DNA from: an uncultured Alphaproteobacteria bacterium | GTDB taxonomy: Bacteria; Pseudomonadota; Alphaproteobacteria; Sphingomonadales; Sphingomonadaceae | Direction of reading: 5' to 3' | Assembly (NCBI GenBank): GCA_963830685.1 | Contig: CAWHNF010000002.1 | Span: 446,777 to 510,776 of the forward strand | Length of the DNA stretch: 64,000 nt | Shown: positions 1-9,575 of the stretch, in pieces | Layout of the letters: every line of letters begins with the position of its first letter | Numbering within the stretch: the first letter of the stretch is position 1 | Notes under the pieces: model-generated | The model's database searches: none | The model's input: the letters and a program-made list of their open reading frames with translations, nothing else | What the model was told of the DNA's origin: nothing | Position numbers and translations under genes: made by a program

Positions 1-227
1 CCTTTGCAGGCCTTGGAAATTTTCTCAAATTCAGACTTGGCCCATGCCCGCGCTGCACCGATGCCACGTTTGGGGTCGGTCGCTGAACTCAGCGTATGGC
101 GTGTACCGAAGCTGACCAGTTTTTCGACATCGGCCTTCAGCCGAGTCGGACTTGCTTCATTCTGGGCGATTGACGGTGTAGCTACGGCTAGAGCAAGCAG
201 GCTTGCGATTAGGGGAAGTTTTTGCAT
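1..227 (-). CDS. M28/M20-family secreted peptidase, N-terminal part (runs off window start)
   Basis: Manual translation from ATG at 227: MQKLPLIASLLALAVATPSIAQNEASPTRLKADVEKLVSFGTRHTLSSATDPKRGIGAARAW. Signal peptide plus FGTRHT..RGIGAAR motif; not in the ORF track. Confidence 0.75.
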   Translation of the reverse strand, partial: MQKLPLIASLLALAVATPSIAQNEASPTRLKADVEKLVSFGTRHTLSSATDPKRGIGAARAWAKSEFEKISKACK

Positions 228-245
228 AATCCCTTGGCTAACGCA

Positions 246-1022
246 TCAGGTTTGCAAATACCAGCGCTCGCCGCCTTCTAATGCAAGCGCGGTCAATTTG
301 TCCGAAGCATAAGCGCCGGTATCGATACCAATCCGCGACCCGCGTTCTTCGACTTCGTCGTAGATTGTATGGCCGTACACGATGACCTTTTCGAGGTCTC
401 CGCGCTGATCGACGAAATCCTCCCGGATCCACCGCAGGTCACTTGGCTTTTGCTCGGAAAGCGGCACACCGGGACGAATGCCAGCATGGACAAAGGCATA
501 GTCGCCGATGACGATCTGGTCTTCGAAGTTCTCGATAAATTCAAGATGCTCCTGCGGCACGACACTGGCCAGCCGCTCCGACAGCTGCTCCATATCCAGC
601 GAGATATATTCAGCGCGCGTGATCGGATAAGATAACACAGTGGCTTCGCCGCCAATCCGCAGGAAGAAACGCGTAATCTTCGGGTCATTCTTGCGACAGG
701 CACGGACAAATACTTCTTCGTGATTGCCCATCAGGAAACGCACATTTTTACCCGCTGCCTTCAGTGCGATTGCGGTTTCGATTACGCCTGCACTGTCTTC
801 GCCGCGGTCCATCAGGTCGCCCAGAAAGATGATTTGCGTGTTCGCAGGCCCGCGCTGCGCATCGTCAGCCTCAATCTTCGCGAGCAATGATTGCAGCAAA
901 TCATTCCGCCCGTGGACGTCGCCAATGGCATATACGCGCATGCCATCTGGCACCCGCGCGGTATCGAGCGGACGCAGGATAGCGGCTTTTTTGAAGAGGC
1001 GACCTAACATGGCTTGCGCCAT
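246..1022 (-). CDS. Metallophosphoesterase (Ser/Thr protein phosphatase PphA-like)
   Basis: GDVHG, GDLMDRG, GNHE, HAGIRP and GIDTG motifs. Confidence 0.9.
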   Translation of the reverse strand: MAQAMLGRLFKKAAILRPLDTARVPDGMRVYAIGDVHGRNDLLQSLLAKIEADDAQRGPANTQIIFLGDLMDRGEDSAGVIETAIALKAAGKNVRFLMGNHEEVFVRACRKNDPKITRFFLRIGGEATVLSYPITRAEYISLDMEQLSERLASVVPQEHLEFIENFEDQIVIGDYAFVHAGIRPGVPLSEQKPSDLRWIREDFVDQRGDLEKVIVYGHTIYDEVEERGSRIGIDTGAYASDKLTALALEGGERWYLQT

Positions 1023-1051
1023 ATAGGCCTGGCTTGCCTGCTTTGAAAGGG

Positions 1052-2212
1052 CTAGCTTTCGACGGTAAAGGTCAGCCCGGCATTTGCCTGCAACCTTTTG
1101 ACTAATGCCTCCCCCAATGCCGCACCCGGCGTAGTTACGCCGCCCGGCCCGTCAATCTCGCACAACGCGATCGCGGTTTCGGCGATCATCTTCGATGTCG
1201 AGCCGTATCCGGGGTCCTTGTCGCCCTTCACTGAAAGCCGTGCGGTCCGCCCGTCCTGAAATTCGCCAACAAACAGTACGTCATAAAAGCCGGTTTCGCG
1301 TTCTTCCTTCGTCGGACCTTCGCCAGGCTTGGGGTCATCTGCCCCACCCATCATCGGCGTCGAGGCAACATGCTTCGCGATCGCTTCCCCCTGTTCGCCC
1401 GGGCCGGTGAGCATCATTTCGTCGTAAACAAAATCCGCACCATATTTCTGACCAAGCAGCGCATTGGTGCGATGCACATTCTTGGTATTGATAGGCGCCA
1501 TCACAAAATTGGTGGCCCAACTTCCGAGGCTTTCGTCATATTCGGGCTTGTTGCCGGGCGGTTGTGGCGGCCCTTCAAAGCCGCCTGCAAGACTGAATGG
1601 ATTGACCAGATAGCCGATAACCGCAGGGTCTTTTGCCGCAGCGGCCATTGTGGCCTTCAAACTGGCCGCGGTGCCGCCGGAGAAGGTGCCCTTCATCGCG
1701 CGAACACGGCCTTTGACACGCGGTGCCGGTGCGCCGAAATTCTCTAGGCAATGCTTTTGCAGCATCAACACCCCGAGGTCGAAGGGAATCGAGTCAAATC
1801 CAGCCGAAAATACAATTCGCGCGCCCGATGCCTTTGCCGCTGCGTCATGCTCGTCGATTTTCTGTCGCATCCAAGCCGGTTCGCCGCAGAGATCGGTATA
1901 ATCAGTGCCATTGGCAACACAGGCCGAGACAAGCTCGTTTCCATAAAGCTGATACGGTCCAACAGTTGTGAGAACGACCTTTGCACGCTTCGTCATCGCA
2001 TCCAGAGACGCCGGGTCAGACGCATCCGCAATTACCAAAGGGGTATCCGCTGACGCGCCAATCAAATCCCGAACTTCTTCGAGCTTGGCCAATGACCGCC
2101 CGGCCATTGCCCACTTCAAGCCGGATTTGTCCTTGAGATATTCGGCTACCAGTCGGCCCGTATATCCCGTTGCACCGTAGACGATGATATCAAATTCGCG
2201 TTCGCTCGACAT
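1052..2212 (-). CDS. Saccharopine dehydrogenase-like oxidoreductase
   Basis: YGATGYTG Rossmann motif, VGPY, DLCGE, GFDSIPFD, GYGSTSKM. Confidence 0.9.
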   Translation of the reverse strand: MSSEREFDIIVYGATGYTGRLVAEYLKDKSGLKWAMAGRSLAKLEEVRDLIGASADTPLVIADASDPASLDAMTKRAKVVLTTVGPYQLYGNELVSACVANGTDYTDLCGEPAWMRQKIDEHDAAAKASGARIVFSAGFDSIPFDLGVLMLQKHCLENFGAPAPRVKGRVRAMKGTFSGGTAASLKATMAAAAKDPAVIGYLVNPFSLAGGFEGPPQPPGNKPEYDESLGSWATNFVMAPINTKNVHRTNALLGQKYGADFVYDEMMLTGPGEQGEAIAKHVASTPMMGGADDPKPGEGPTKEERETGFYDVLFVGEFQDGRTARLSVKGDKDPGYGSTSKMIAETAIALCEIDGPGGVTTPGAALGEALVKRLQANAGLTFTVES

Positions 2213-2290
2213 AATGCTCTCCTGATTCTGTTTGAGTCAGGTGATGCGCGGCCTATGCTGGAAAGTCAAAACGCTAACGGTGACCGACGT

Positions 2291-3046
2291 CTACTCTATG
2301 GGCGGTGACGTTTTGACCGGCGGTTGCCCGCCACCTTTCCGCGTTGAACTCTTGGCGCGAGGGGCCGGACCGTCGATCGTTGCCGGGTCACCATTATAGA
2401 GGATCGTCACCGGAAACTTGCGCGATGCAAAACCCGCATAGGTCTTTCCGGCCAATACCGAATTGGCATTGGGGTCCATCTTGCACCAAGCGACAAGATT
2501 AACGGTTAGGTCCATGTCAAACGCCTGCGTTTCGCGCAGATATTCGGCAGCGCTATTTCCCTTCGCGACAAATGCTTTGAGCTTTTTTTCATATTCGCGC
2601 GCGGGGTTGAATGTAAGGTCGATGGCCGCACCTGTGTCTCGCCTGGACATCCTAAGCTCAACATCCAGTGAAACATCGGCGTCGCTGCGCCCAGCAACAT
2701 TGGTTTGCTTTGGGGTTTTACCCCAATTGTTTAAAACTATCATGTCGTCATTGTGCAGCATTCCGTTACCGATAATCGCCTGCACTGCAGTCAGCCTAGC
2801 GCCTGGCTTGCAAAACACCTGACCGGTTACATTAAAGCTGGGGTTGTTGCTAGTTACGGCCAGATCACGCTTGGATGCGATTTTTGATGACGACATGTTT
2901 TTGAGGCTTAGCGTGCCCGAAGATATCGGTTTTGTTATGCTTACAGCTCCGACGGTAAAGCCATATTCTTGCTCGTCATATGCTGTGGCGGCGAACGGCA
3001 CGGCGAGGCAAGCCAAGCCAGCTAGAACTTTCCAAATTCGATGCAT
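2291..3046 (-). CDS. Secreted hypothetical protein
   Basis: ATG at 3046 with GAGGGAGGA RBS; signal peptide MHRIWKVLAGLACLAVPFAATA; no family recognised. Confidence 0.7.
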   Translation of the reverse strand: MHRIWKVLAGLACLAVPFAATAYDEQEYGFTVGAVSITKPISSGTLSLKNMSSSKIASKRDLAVTSNNPSFNVTGQVFCKPGARLTAVQAIIGNGMLHNDDMIVLNNWGKTPKQTNVAGRSDADVSLDVELRMSRRDTGAAIDLTFNPAREYEKKLKAFVAKGNSAAEYLRETQAFDMDLTVNLVAWCKMDPNANSVLAGKTYAGFASRKFPVTILYNGDPATIDGPAPRAKSSTRKGGGQPPVKTSPPIE

Positions 3047-3121
3047 GATTTCCTCCCTCTCCCGAAGAGAGCAGGATATTAACTCATTCATCGATTTTTC
3101 ACGAGCAAATTTGCAAAATCG

Positions 3122-3565
3122 TCAGCCAGCCCCAGTTGCAGGATGGTCGCTAGTGTCTGCGACCCTTGCATCGGCCTCGCGACGTTTGCGGGTGCGGTAG
3201 GAATCGAAGCTCCAGCTTTTCTGGTCATAAGCAAACAGGCAGAGAAAGCCGCCAGCGATGGCGATATTCTTGAACGCCATCGCGGCTTGAATGGGGTCGG
3301 CTGTCTCGCGGTGGAAGAGCAATGCGGTCAGCAAGCAGAACGCTGCAAAAGCGAGCGCGGTCAGGCGGGTGAACACGCCAAAAACGATCATCAGTCCGCC
3401 GACAACTTCAAATAATGCTACCGGCAGAGCCATGCTGGATGGCAGACCGACACTCGCCATATAGGTGCCAGTCCCCGAAATATCAGTGAGCTTCATTGCG
3501 CCCGAGATGATGAATATCACCGCGAGCATCACCCGGCCAATAAATGCCAATAATCCTGAAAACAT
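3122..3565 (-). CDS. DoxX family membrane protein
   Basis: GRVMLAVIFIISGAMK, EVVGGLMIVFG, FKNIAIAGGFL; GAGGAG RBS before ATG 3565. Confidence 0.9.
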   Translation of the reverse strand: MFSGLLAFIGRVMLAVIFIISGAMKLTDISGTGTYMASVGLPSSMALPVALFEVVGGLMIVFGVFTRLTALAFAAFCLLTALLFHRETADPIQAAMAFKNIAIAGGFLCLFAYDQKSWSFDSYRTRKRREADARVADTSDHPATGAG

Positions 3566-3639
3566 GGTATTTCTCCTCAAACCTTGAAGCAGGAACCCGC
3601 AGGAAGGCCGCGCGTTCCATCAGGCAGGATTTGAGTTGA

Positions 3640-4194
3640 TTAAAGCTTGGGCAACGTAACGCCGCGCTGACCCATATATTTACCCGCGCGGTCGGCGTAA
3701 CTGGTCTCGCAGGGCTGCTCGCCCTTCAGGAACAGAAACTGGCACGCGCCTTCATTGGCGTAGATTTTGGCGGGTAACGGCGTGGTGTTGGAAAATTCCA
3801 GCGTAACATGGCCTTCCCAGCCTGGCTCGAGCGGGGTAACATTGACGATGATCCCGCAGCGCGCATAGGTCGATTTGCCTAGGCAAATGACCAGCACATC
3901 GCGAGGGACGCGAAAATATTCGACGGTGCGCGCCAAGGCAAAACTGTTCGGCGGGATGATGCACACGTCGGTTTTGCGGTCGACAAAGCTTTTCGGATCA
4001 AATTCCTTCGGGTCCACCACCGAGCTATCGACATTGGTGAAAATCTTGAACTCGTCGGCAACGCGCGCATCATAGCCGTAGGAAGACAGGCCGTAGCTAA
4101 TACAACCGTCGCGGCGCTGCGCCTCGACAAAAGGTTCGATCATGCCGGTTGCGTTGGCTTGCTCGCGGATCCAGATGTCGGAAAGAATGGACAT
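3640..4194 (-). CDS. dcd: dCTP deaminase
   Basis: [29 protein letters not shown] motifs. Confidence 0.97.
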   Translation of the reverse strand: MSILSDIWIREQANATGMIEPFVEAQRRDGCISYGLSSYGYDARVADEFKIFTNVDSSVVDPKEFDPKSFVDRKTDVCIIPPNSFALARTVEYFRVPRDVLVICLGKSTYARCGIIVNVTPLEPGWEGHVTLEFSNTTPLPAKIYANEGACQFLFLKGEQPCETSYADRAGKYMGQRGVTLPKL

Positions 4195-4203
4195 GTTATT
4201 CCC

Positions 4204-4635
4204 TTATTTGAGGCTCGCCGGGCCAAAGCCGTGTGGCAAAAGCTGCGAGAGAGTGTAGGTTTCAAAGCCGTTCGCATGCGCGCAATGGACGGGAATATCA
4301 GTAACAGTGAGGTCCGCGACTTCCTTGATAATCTGACGGCAACGGCCACAGGGTGTGATGGGATGATCTGCCGTACCCACTTTGCCTTTTAGGCCACCGG
4401 CAACGGCAATTGCACGGATTTGCAGCAATTTCCCATCACTGTTCGCCTTCGCGATGGCGACCGTTTCAGCGCACAGCGTCATCCCGTAACTGGCGTTTTC
4501 AAAATTGCTGCCCGTGACGACCTCGCCGTCATCAAGCAACAATGCCGCGCCGACATGAAAGTTCGAATAAGGCGCATAGGCGGTTTCCGCTGCCTCGATG
4601 GCGGCCTGCACCAGATACTGCGTCACATCATTCAT
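4204..4635 (-). CDS. cdd: Cytidine deaminase
   Basis: APYSNFHVGAA, CAE, PCGRCRQ zinc motif. Confidence 0.95.
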   Translation of the reverse strand: MNDVTQYLVQAAIEAAETAYAPYSNFHVGAALLLDDGEVVTGSNFENASYGMTLCAETVAIAKANSDGKLLQIRAIAVAGGLKGKVGTADHPITPCGRCRQIIKEVADLTVTDIPVHCAHANGFETYTLSQLLPHGFGPASLK

Positions 4636-5318
4636 TTGCGCACCACAACCCAGCGTACGGGCCCTTCAACACCATCGATCTGACGCGCGGTATTCGCCGT
4701 CCACATCACCCATGGCCGCGCCGAATAATCTGGCAGGAACCAGTTTCCCTCAAGCCATACGGTCCGGTCAATTGCCTTGCTCACCTGATACTCCTTCTCG
4801 AACTCGGGTGTGAGTAGCAGGATCGCCGACGTGCCGCTATGTGCCTCTATCTGGTTCAGGAATGTTGCCAGCTCCGATAGAATCAATGCGCGATTAGGCC
4901 GGCCTTTGCAGGTTTCGGAAAAATCGAGTTGGACAGCGGGTGGCAACGCGCGTTCGCTGCGCGGCACCGTGGTGATGAAAAGCGTCGCCTGGTCGGATGC
5001 GAGGCGGCAAATGTCGAAATGGTGGAGCGCGCCGAAACGGATCCCTGCCTGCTGCACAGATTCCAGGTTCGATTGAAACTGGGAATCGCGACCACGCGCG
5101 CCTTCGACGGCGGTAATATAAGCAAAGTCGACACCGGTAGCGCCAAGCTTGGGCCATTCGGGTTTGCCATTGGCGGCGCTGATGACAATGCCCTGAACAG
5201 GATATTCATCCCGCGTCGGCGCCCAGGCGGTCACATAGCTCCAGACAACATACGCCGCGAGTAGCAATGCGAGCACAATGGCACCCCAACGGAAATATCC
5301 GCTTCTTCCCCCCGCCAT
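4632..5318 (-). CDS. Membrane-anchored GH25 (lysozyme M1-like) glycoside hydrolase
   Basis: N-terminal TM, VDFAYI..EG, LPPAVQLD, WVMWT; overlaps the cdd start. Confidence 0.8.
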   Translation of the reverse strand: MAGGRSGYFRWGAIVLALLLAAYVVWSYVTAWAPTRDEYPVQGIVISAANGKPEWPKLGATGVDFAYITAVEGARGRDSQFQSNLESVQQAGIRFGALHHFDICRLASDQATLFITTVPRSERALPPAVQLDFSETCKGRPNRALILSELATFLNQIEAHSGTSAILLLTPEFEKEYQVSKAIDRTVWLEGNWFLPDYSARPWVMWTANTARQIDGVEGPVRWVVVRK

Positions 5319-5551
5319 GCGGCTCTCACGCTCCCCGAATCAATATGTAAGACATGAACTCATAGATAACCTTGCCAAGGTTTGAACACTTTTCATTTGG
5401 TTTGGTTCAGAAGCATCCGCCGCGCGCGATACCCAGAAAGGATAAATTCTCCAAAGACACCGCCAAACCGCAACATGCCTCAATTTGGAACAAGCTGTTG
5501 TTTGACCGAGCATTTTACATGTCAGTGATTGGCCAAGCATGACAAAAAATG

Positions 5552-5567
5552 TTAAGAACTTCTTAAC
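5552..5567. promoter_or_regulatory. CtrA binding site
   Basis: TTAA-gaacttc-TTAAC exactly matches the TTAA-N7-TTAAC consensus, in a divergent intergenic region. Confidence 0.65.
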
Positions 5568-5618
5568 CACTTATTCTGGCTCTTTCCGGGTCGAGTTAGG
5601 TTGAAGGAGCGATTAACC

Positions 5619-6506
5619 ATGAAGACCGTCCTTTTTTCTGGCATTGCTGCAGCAGCCATGTTCGCAGCTGCATCGGGCGCGAGCGCCAACGACTCGAGCG
5701 GGCCGGGCCGGAACAGCAGTCCTGATCGCACCGGCGATTATCGCGAGCCCGAATATGGCCCGGCGATGCGTCCGGACACCAACGTCTACAACTGGAATGA
5801 CGATGGCAAAGTCGCCTTCGCCGCTCCCGATGGTTCGAGCTATAGCTATGACGGCGAATGGGATGGTGAATATGTCGACCCGCAAGCCCGCGTGTTCGAA
5901 GGCGAATGGGAAGGCACTGTGACTCGCCATGACGGCGTTAAGGGTCCGGGCCACGCTGCGCCTGCCCCTCCGCATCATGTGATGCCATCATCGGCACCGC
6001 ATCATTCAGGCGCGCCTTATCCAGAGCCTGATTATGACGATGGCGGCTATGACGTCCCGCGCGGCTATGAAAATTATGAGCGTTGCCTGAAAAGCAACGG
6101 CCTGAAGGGTGCTGCCATCGGTGCGTTATTGGGCGGCGTTGCCGGCAACCGGATTGCTGGTCGTGGCAATCGTACCGGCGGCACGCTGGTGGGCGCTGGC
6201 ATTGGCGGACTGCTTGGTGTTGCGGTTGAAAAGGCGGGCAGCAAGTGCAGCCATCATCGCCCCCGCGCGCCACGTCCCCATGCGGCCTATCCTTACCCCT
6301 ATCCACAGCCGGGCTATGGCGCTGGATGGCAGGGCGGCTATTATTACTATCCGCAACCCGTCGTGACTACGATCACGATGACCCCGGTTACAACGACTAC
6401 GACGACGGTGACTGAAGAAGTCTATTATGAGACCGTTAAGACCCACCGGAAGCGAGCAGTGCGCAAGTGGAAGCCGAAACCCAAACCACGCTGCGTCTGC
6501 CGATAG
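5619..6506 (+). CDS. Secreted/envelope glycine-zipper 2TM domain protein
   Basis: Signal peptide; GAAIGALLGGVAGNRIAGRGNRTGGTLVGAGIGGLLG; Pro/Tyr-rich tail. Confidence 0.8.
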   Translation: MKTVLFSGIAAAAMFAAASGASANDSSGPGRNSSPDRTGDYREPEYGPAMRPDTNVYNWNDDGKVAFAAPDGSSYSYDGEWDGEYVDPQARVFEGEWEGTVTRHDGVKGPGHAAPAPPHHVMPSSAPHHSGAPYPEPDYDDGGYDVPRGYENYERCLKSNGLKGAAIGALLGGVAGNRIAGRGNRTGGTLVGAGIGGLLGVAVEKAGSKCSHHRPRAPRPHAAYPYPYPQPGYGAGWQGGYYYYPQPVVTTITMTPVTTTTTTVTEEVYYETVKTHRKRAVRKWKPKPKPRCVCR

Positions 6507-6532
6507 TTAGGTGGCTGCAAAGCTGATACGAA

Positions 6533-6560
6533 GAACCCCGCCATTATGGCGGGGTTTTTT
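6533..6560 (+). terminator. Rho-independent terminator between convergent genes
   Basis: gaaccccgcca-tta-tggcggggttttttt hairpin plus U tract. Confidence 0.85.
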
Positions 6561-6566
6561 GTTGGG

Positions 6567-7322
6567 CTAAATCGTGAACTCTTCGAACGCAGGCTCAAAC
6601 CGTTCCCAGCCATCGGGGCCAAGTCGCTCCTGCGGCTGGTATCGTGCCTTGTACTGCATCCGCGCCGCGCCCTCGACCCAATAGCCGAGATATACATAAG
6701 GCAGGCCTGCGGCCTTGGCGCGCATGATGTGGTCCATGATAATATAATTGCCGAGACCAGTGCGGCCTTCGGCTTCGGGATCGTAAAAGCTGTAGATCAT
6801 CGACAGACCATCGGCTTGCTGATCGGTCAGGCAGGCACCAACGAGTTCGCCCAGCCGTCCGAAGCGGCCCGGTGCGCGATATTCGACGACGTGGCTGCGC
6901 ACGGGCGACTGTTCGACCATGTCGGCATAATCCATGTCATCCATATTCGCCATTCCGCCTTCGGGATGGCGCTTACCAAGGTAACGGCGAAGAAGGTCAT
7001 ATTGTTCGGAAGTTGACCATGGGCGGCATGCGCTGACAACCAGGTCGGAGTTACGCCGGATGATGCGTCGCTGAGTGGCGTTCGGCTGGAATTCCTCAGT
7101 CAGCACGCGAACCGACACGCAAGATTTGCAGTCGATGCAGCTTGGTCTGTACGCAACATTCTGGCTGCGGCGAAATCCGATGCGGCCCAGCGCGTCGTTT
7201 AGTTCATCGGCATGCGGGCCATTCAGTTCGGTAAAAACCTTGCGCTCGGTCTTGCCGGGCAAATACGGGCATGGCCCTGGATTAGTGACAAAAAAGCGTG
7301 GAAACCGAACTGGTGCGCTCAT
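6567..7322 (-). CDS. bpt: Arginyltransferase-family Asp/Glu leucyltransferase (Ate/Bpt)
   Basis: CPYLPG, GFRRSQ..AYRPSC..C..C, YLGYW..MQYK. Confidence 0.88.
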   Translation of the reverse strand: MSAPVRFPRFFVTNPGPCPYLPGKTERKVFTELNGPHADELNDALGRIGFRRSQNVAYRPSCIDCKSCVSVRVLTEEFQPNATQRRIIRRNSDLVVSACRPWSTSEQYDLLRRYLGKRHPEGGMANMDDMDYADMVEQSPVRSHVVEYRAPGRFGRLGELVGACLTDQQADGLSMIYSFYDPEAEGRTGLGNYIIMDHIMRAKAAGLPYVYLGYWVEGAARMQYKARYQPQERLGPDGWERFEPAFEEFTI

Positions 7323-7428
7323 CGATTATCCGTCCCGAAGACCAAAGTGTTGTTGATTTATTTACCTCGTATGCACCTGTGATTTAGCCATGAAAAGAGC
7401 ATTTACCATGAAAATTGGGGACAGCGAT

Positions 7429-8649
7429 TTACTTATTGAGCTCGACGCGCTCAACCTTATATCCTGCGGTGTTCAGGCCATCGACAAGACCCTGTAATTG
7501 TTCGGCATCTCGTGCTTCGCATTCGATGTCGGTGATGAGGCCCTTGGCAGGTAGCGTCGTAAAAATCCGCTGGTGATATATTTCGATGATGTTGACGTTG
7601 TGCTCGTTGAATAGCCGCATCACCTTGTAGAGCGCACCGGGGCGGTCTTGCAGCGTCAAGCGCAAACGGGCCAGACGGCCCGACCGAGCCAAGTCGCGGA
7701 GCAGGACATTGGCGAGCAAGCGCGTGTCGATATTGCCGCCGCACAACACGACGCCGACATTTTTGCCAGCGAAGATATCTGGATTGGCCATGACCGCAGC
7801 GAGCCCCGCCGCGCCTGCACCTTCAACCACAGTCTTTTCAATCTGCAGCAACAGGCTGACCGCGCTTTCCAGCTGCGCTTCGCTGACCAGCACAATATCA
7901 TCGACCAGTCCGCGAATGACTTCGCTGGTAAAGCTGCCCGGCACTTTGACAGCAATCCCTTCAGCCAGAGTGTCGCCTTCGCAGGGCAATTGCTGGTTCT
8001 TGAGGAGAGCATACATCGAAGGGTAAAGCTCCGCCTGCACACCGATAAGGCCGATATCAGGCTTCAGCGCGCGCGCCGCAGTCCCCATGCCAGAGAGCAA
8101 ACCGCCGCCGCCGATGGGTACGACGAGCATGTCGAGCGAAGGGATGCTCTCGAGCATTTCCAGAGCGACAGTCCCCTGCCCTGCGGCGACATCGGGGTCG
8201 TCAAAGGGGTGAACAAATGTGAGACCCTGCTCGGCTTCAAGCAACCGTGCGTGTTTATAGGCATCGTCAAAACTCTCGCCAAACAGCACGACATTGCCGC
8301 CGACGCTCTCGGTTTGCATAACCTTTACCGTCGGGGTTGGGACCGGCATCACAATAGTGACAGGAATGCCAAGCCGCGTGCCGTGATAGCTGAGGCCTTG
8401 CGCATGGTTGCCTGCCGACGCGGCGATCACACCTTTGGCGCGCTGTTCTTCGGTCAGTAGCAGCAACGCATTCAAGGCACCGCGTTCCTTGTACGCTGCG
8501 GTAAATTGAAGATTCTCGAACTTCAGATAAATATTCGCGCCCGTCAGCTTGGATAGCGTCTGGCTATGCAGTGTTGGCGTAGCGACAATGAAATCGCGGA
8601 TGCGCGCATGGGCGGCGCGGACGTGGTCGAGGGTCAGTAGGTCGGACAT
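7429..8649 (-). CDS. ilvA: Threonine ammonia-lyase with C-terminal ACT domain
   Basis: KFENLQFTAAYKERGA, SAGNHAQG, GGGGL, GGNID, DRPG ACT domain. Confidence 0.9.
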   Translation of the reverse strand: MSDLLTLDHVRAAHARIRDFIVATPTLHSQTLSKLTGANIYLKFENLQFTAAYKERGALNALLLLTEEQRAKGVIAASAGNHAQGLSYHGTRLGIPVTIVMPVPTPTVKVMQTESVGGNVVLFGESFDDAYKHARLLEAEQGLTFVHPFDDPDVAAGQGTVALEMLESIPSLDMLVVPIGGGGLLSGMGTAARALKPDIGLIGVQAELYPSMYALLKNQQLPCEGDTLAEGIAVKVPGSFTSEVIRGLVDDIVLVSEAQLESAVSLLLQIEKTVVEGAGAAGLAAVMANPDIFAGKNVGVVLCGGNIDTRLLANVLLRDLARSGRLARLRLTLQDRPGALYKVMRLFNEHNVNIIEIYHQRIFTTLPAKGLITDIECEARDAEQLQGLVDGLNTAGYKVERVELNK

Positions 8650-8705
8650 GGCCGCTGCCCCTATCTTATCTGGCGCGATGTGAAAACAAACATTAAGGCA
8701 CGGCT

Positions 8706-9575
8706 ATGACTAGAATAGCTTTTATCGGATTGGGCGTCATGGGCGGCCCTATTGCAAGGCATCTTTCGACCGCCGGTTACGAGATGACAGTTTATAATCG
8801 GTCGCGCGCCAAAGCAGAGACCTGGGTGTCCGCGCATGGAGGCACGCTGGCCGGTTCTCCTGCCGAAGCGGCGAAGGATGCCCAAGTTGTCATTAGCTGT
8901 GTCGGCACTGACGACGATCTGGCGGGTGTAACGCTAGGCCGCGACGGAGCATTTGCCGCGATGGCAAAGGGCTGCCTTTACATTGACCACACGACGGTAT
9001 CGGCTCGCATCGCCCGCCAATTGGGTGTCGAAGCCAAATCGCGCGGATTACTTGTCGTCGATGCGCCACTTACCGGCGGGCAGATCGGTGCTGAAAACGG
9101 CACGCTGGCAATCATGTGCGGCGGCAGCGAGGCCTCAATGGAAGCTGCCCGCCCGATCATGGAGCCCTATTCGAAGCGCATCGTCCATGTTGGTGGCCCC
9201 GGTACCGGACAGACCACAAAAATGTGCAACCAGATCGCCTTTGCCGGCGTCATCCAGTCGCTATCCGAAGCCTTGCGCTTTGCACAATCAGCGGAACTGG
9301 ATGTGGCCAAAGTCTATGAGGCGATTTCCGGCGGCGCGGCTCAGAGCTGGCAGATGGATAATCGTTGGGCGACGATGGCGGAAGACAAGTTCGACTTCGG
9401 TTTTGCCGTGGACTGGATGCGAAAGGATCTGGGGCTGGCGTTCGAAGAGGCACGCGCATTGGGTGCGACGCTTCCCATCACCGCGCTGATCGATCAGTTC
9501 TATTCGGATATACAACAAATGGGCGGCGGACGCCTCGATACCAGCGCTATTGTGAAAAGGTTGCCAAAGGGATGA
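8706..9575 (+). CDS. 3-hydroxyisobutyrate dehydrogenase-family NAD(P) oxidoreductase
   Basis: IGLGVMG, DAPLTGG, KMCNQ, KDL motifs. Confidence 0.92.
   Translation: MTRIAFIGLGVMGGPIARHLSTAGYEMTVYNRSRAKAETWVSAHGGTLAGSPAEAAKDAQVVISCVGTDDDLAGVTLGRDGAFAAMAKGCLYIDHTTVSARIARQLGVEAKSRGLLVVDAPLTGGQIGAENGTLAIMCGGSEASMEAARPIMEPYSKRIVHVGGPGTGQTTKMCNQIAFAGVIQSLSEALRFAQSAELDVAKVYEAISGGAAQSWQMDNRWATMAEDKFDFGFAVDWMRKDLGLAFEEARALGATLPITALIDQFYSDIQQMGGGRLDTSAIVKRLPKG

Noticed and set aside
3640-4635. dcd plus cdd as a nucleotide-depletion anti-phage system
   Set aside because: Both are canonical housekeeping enzymes with host-like composition, not the defence dCTP deaminase architecture.
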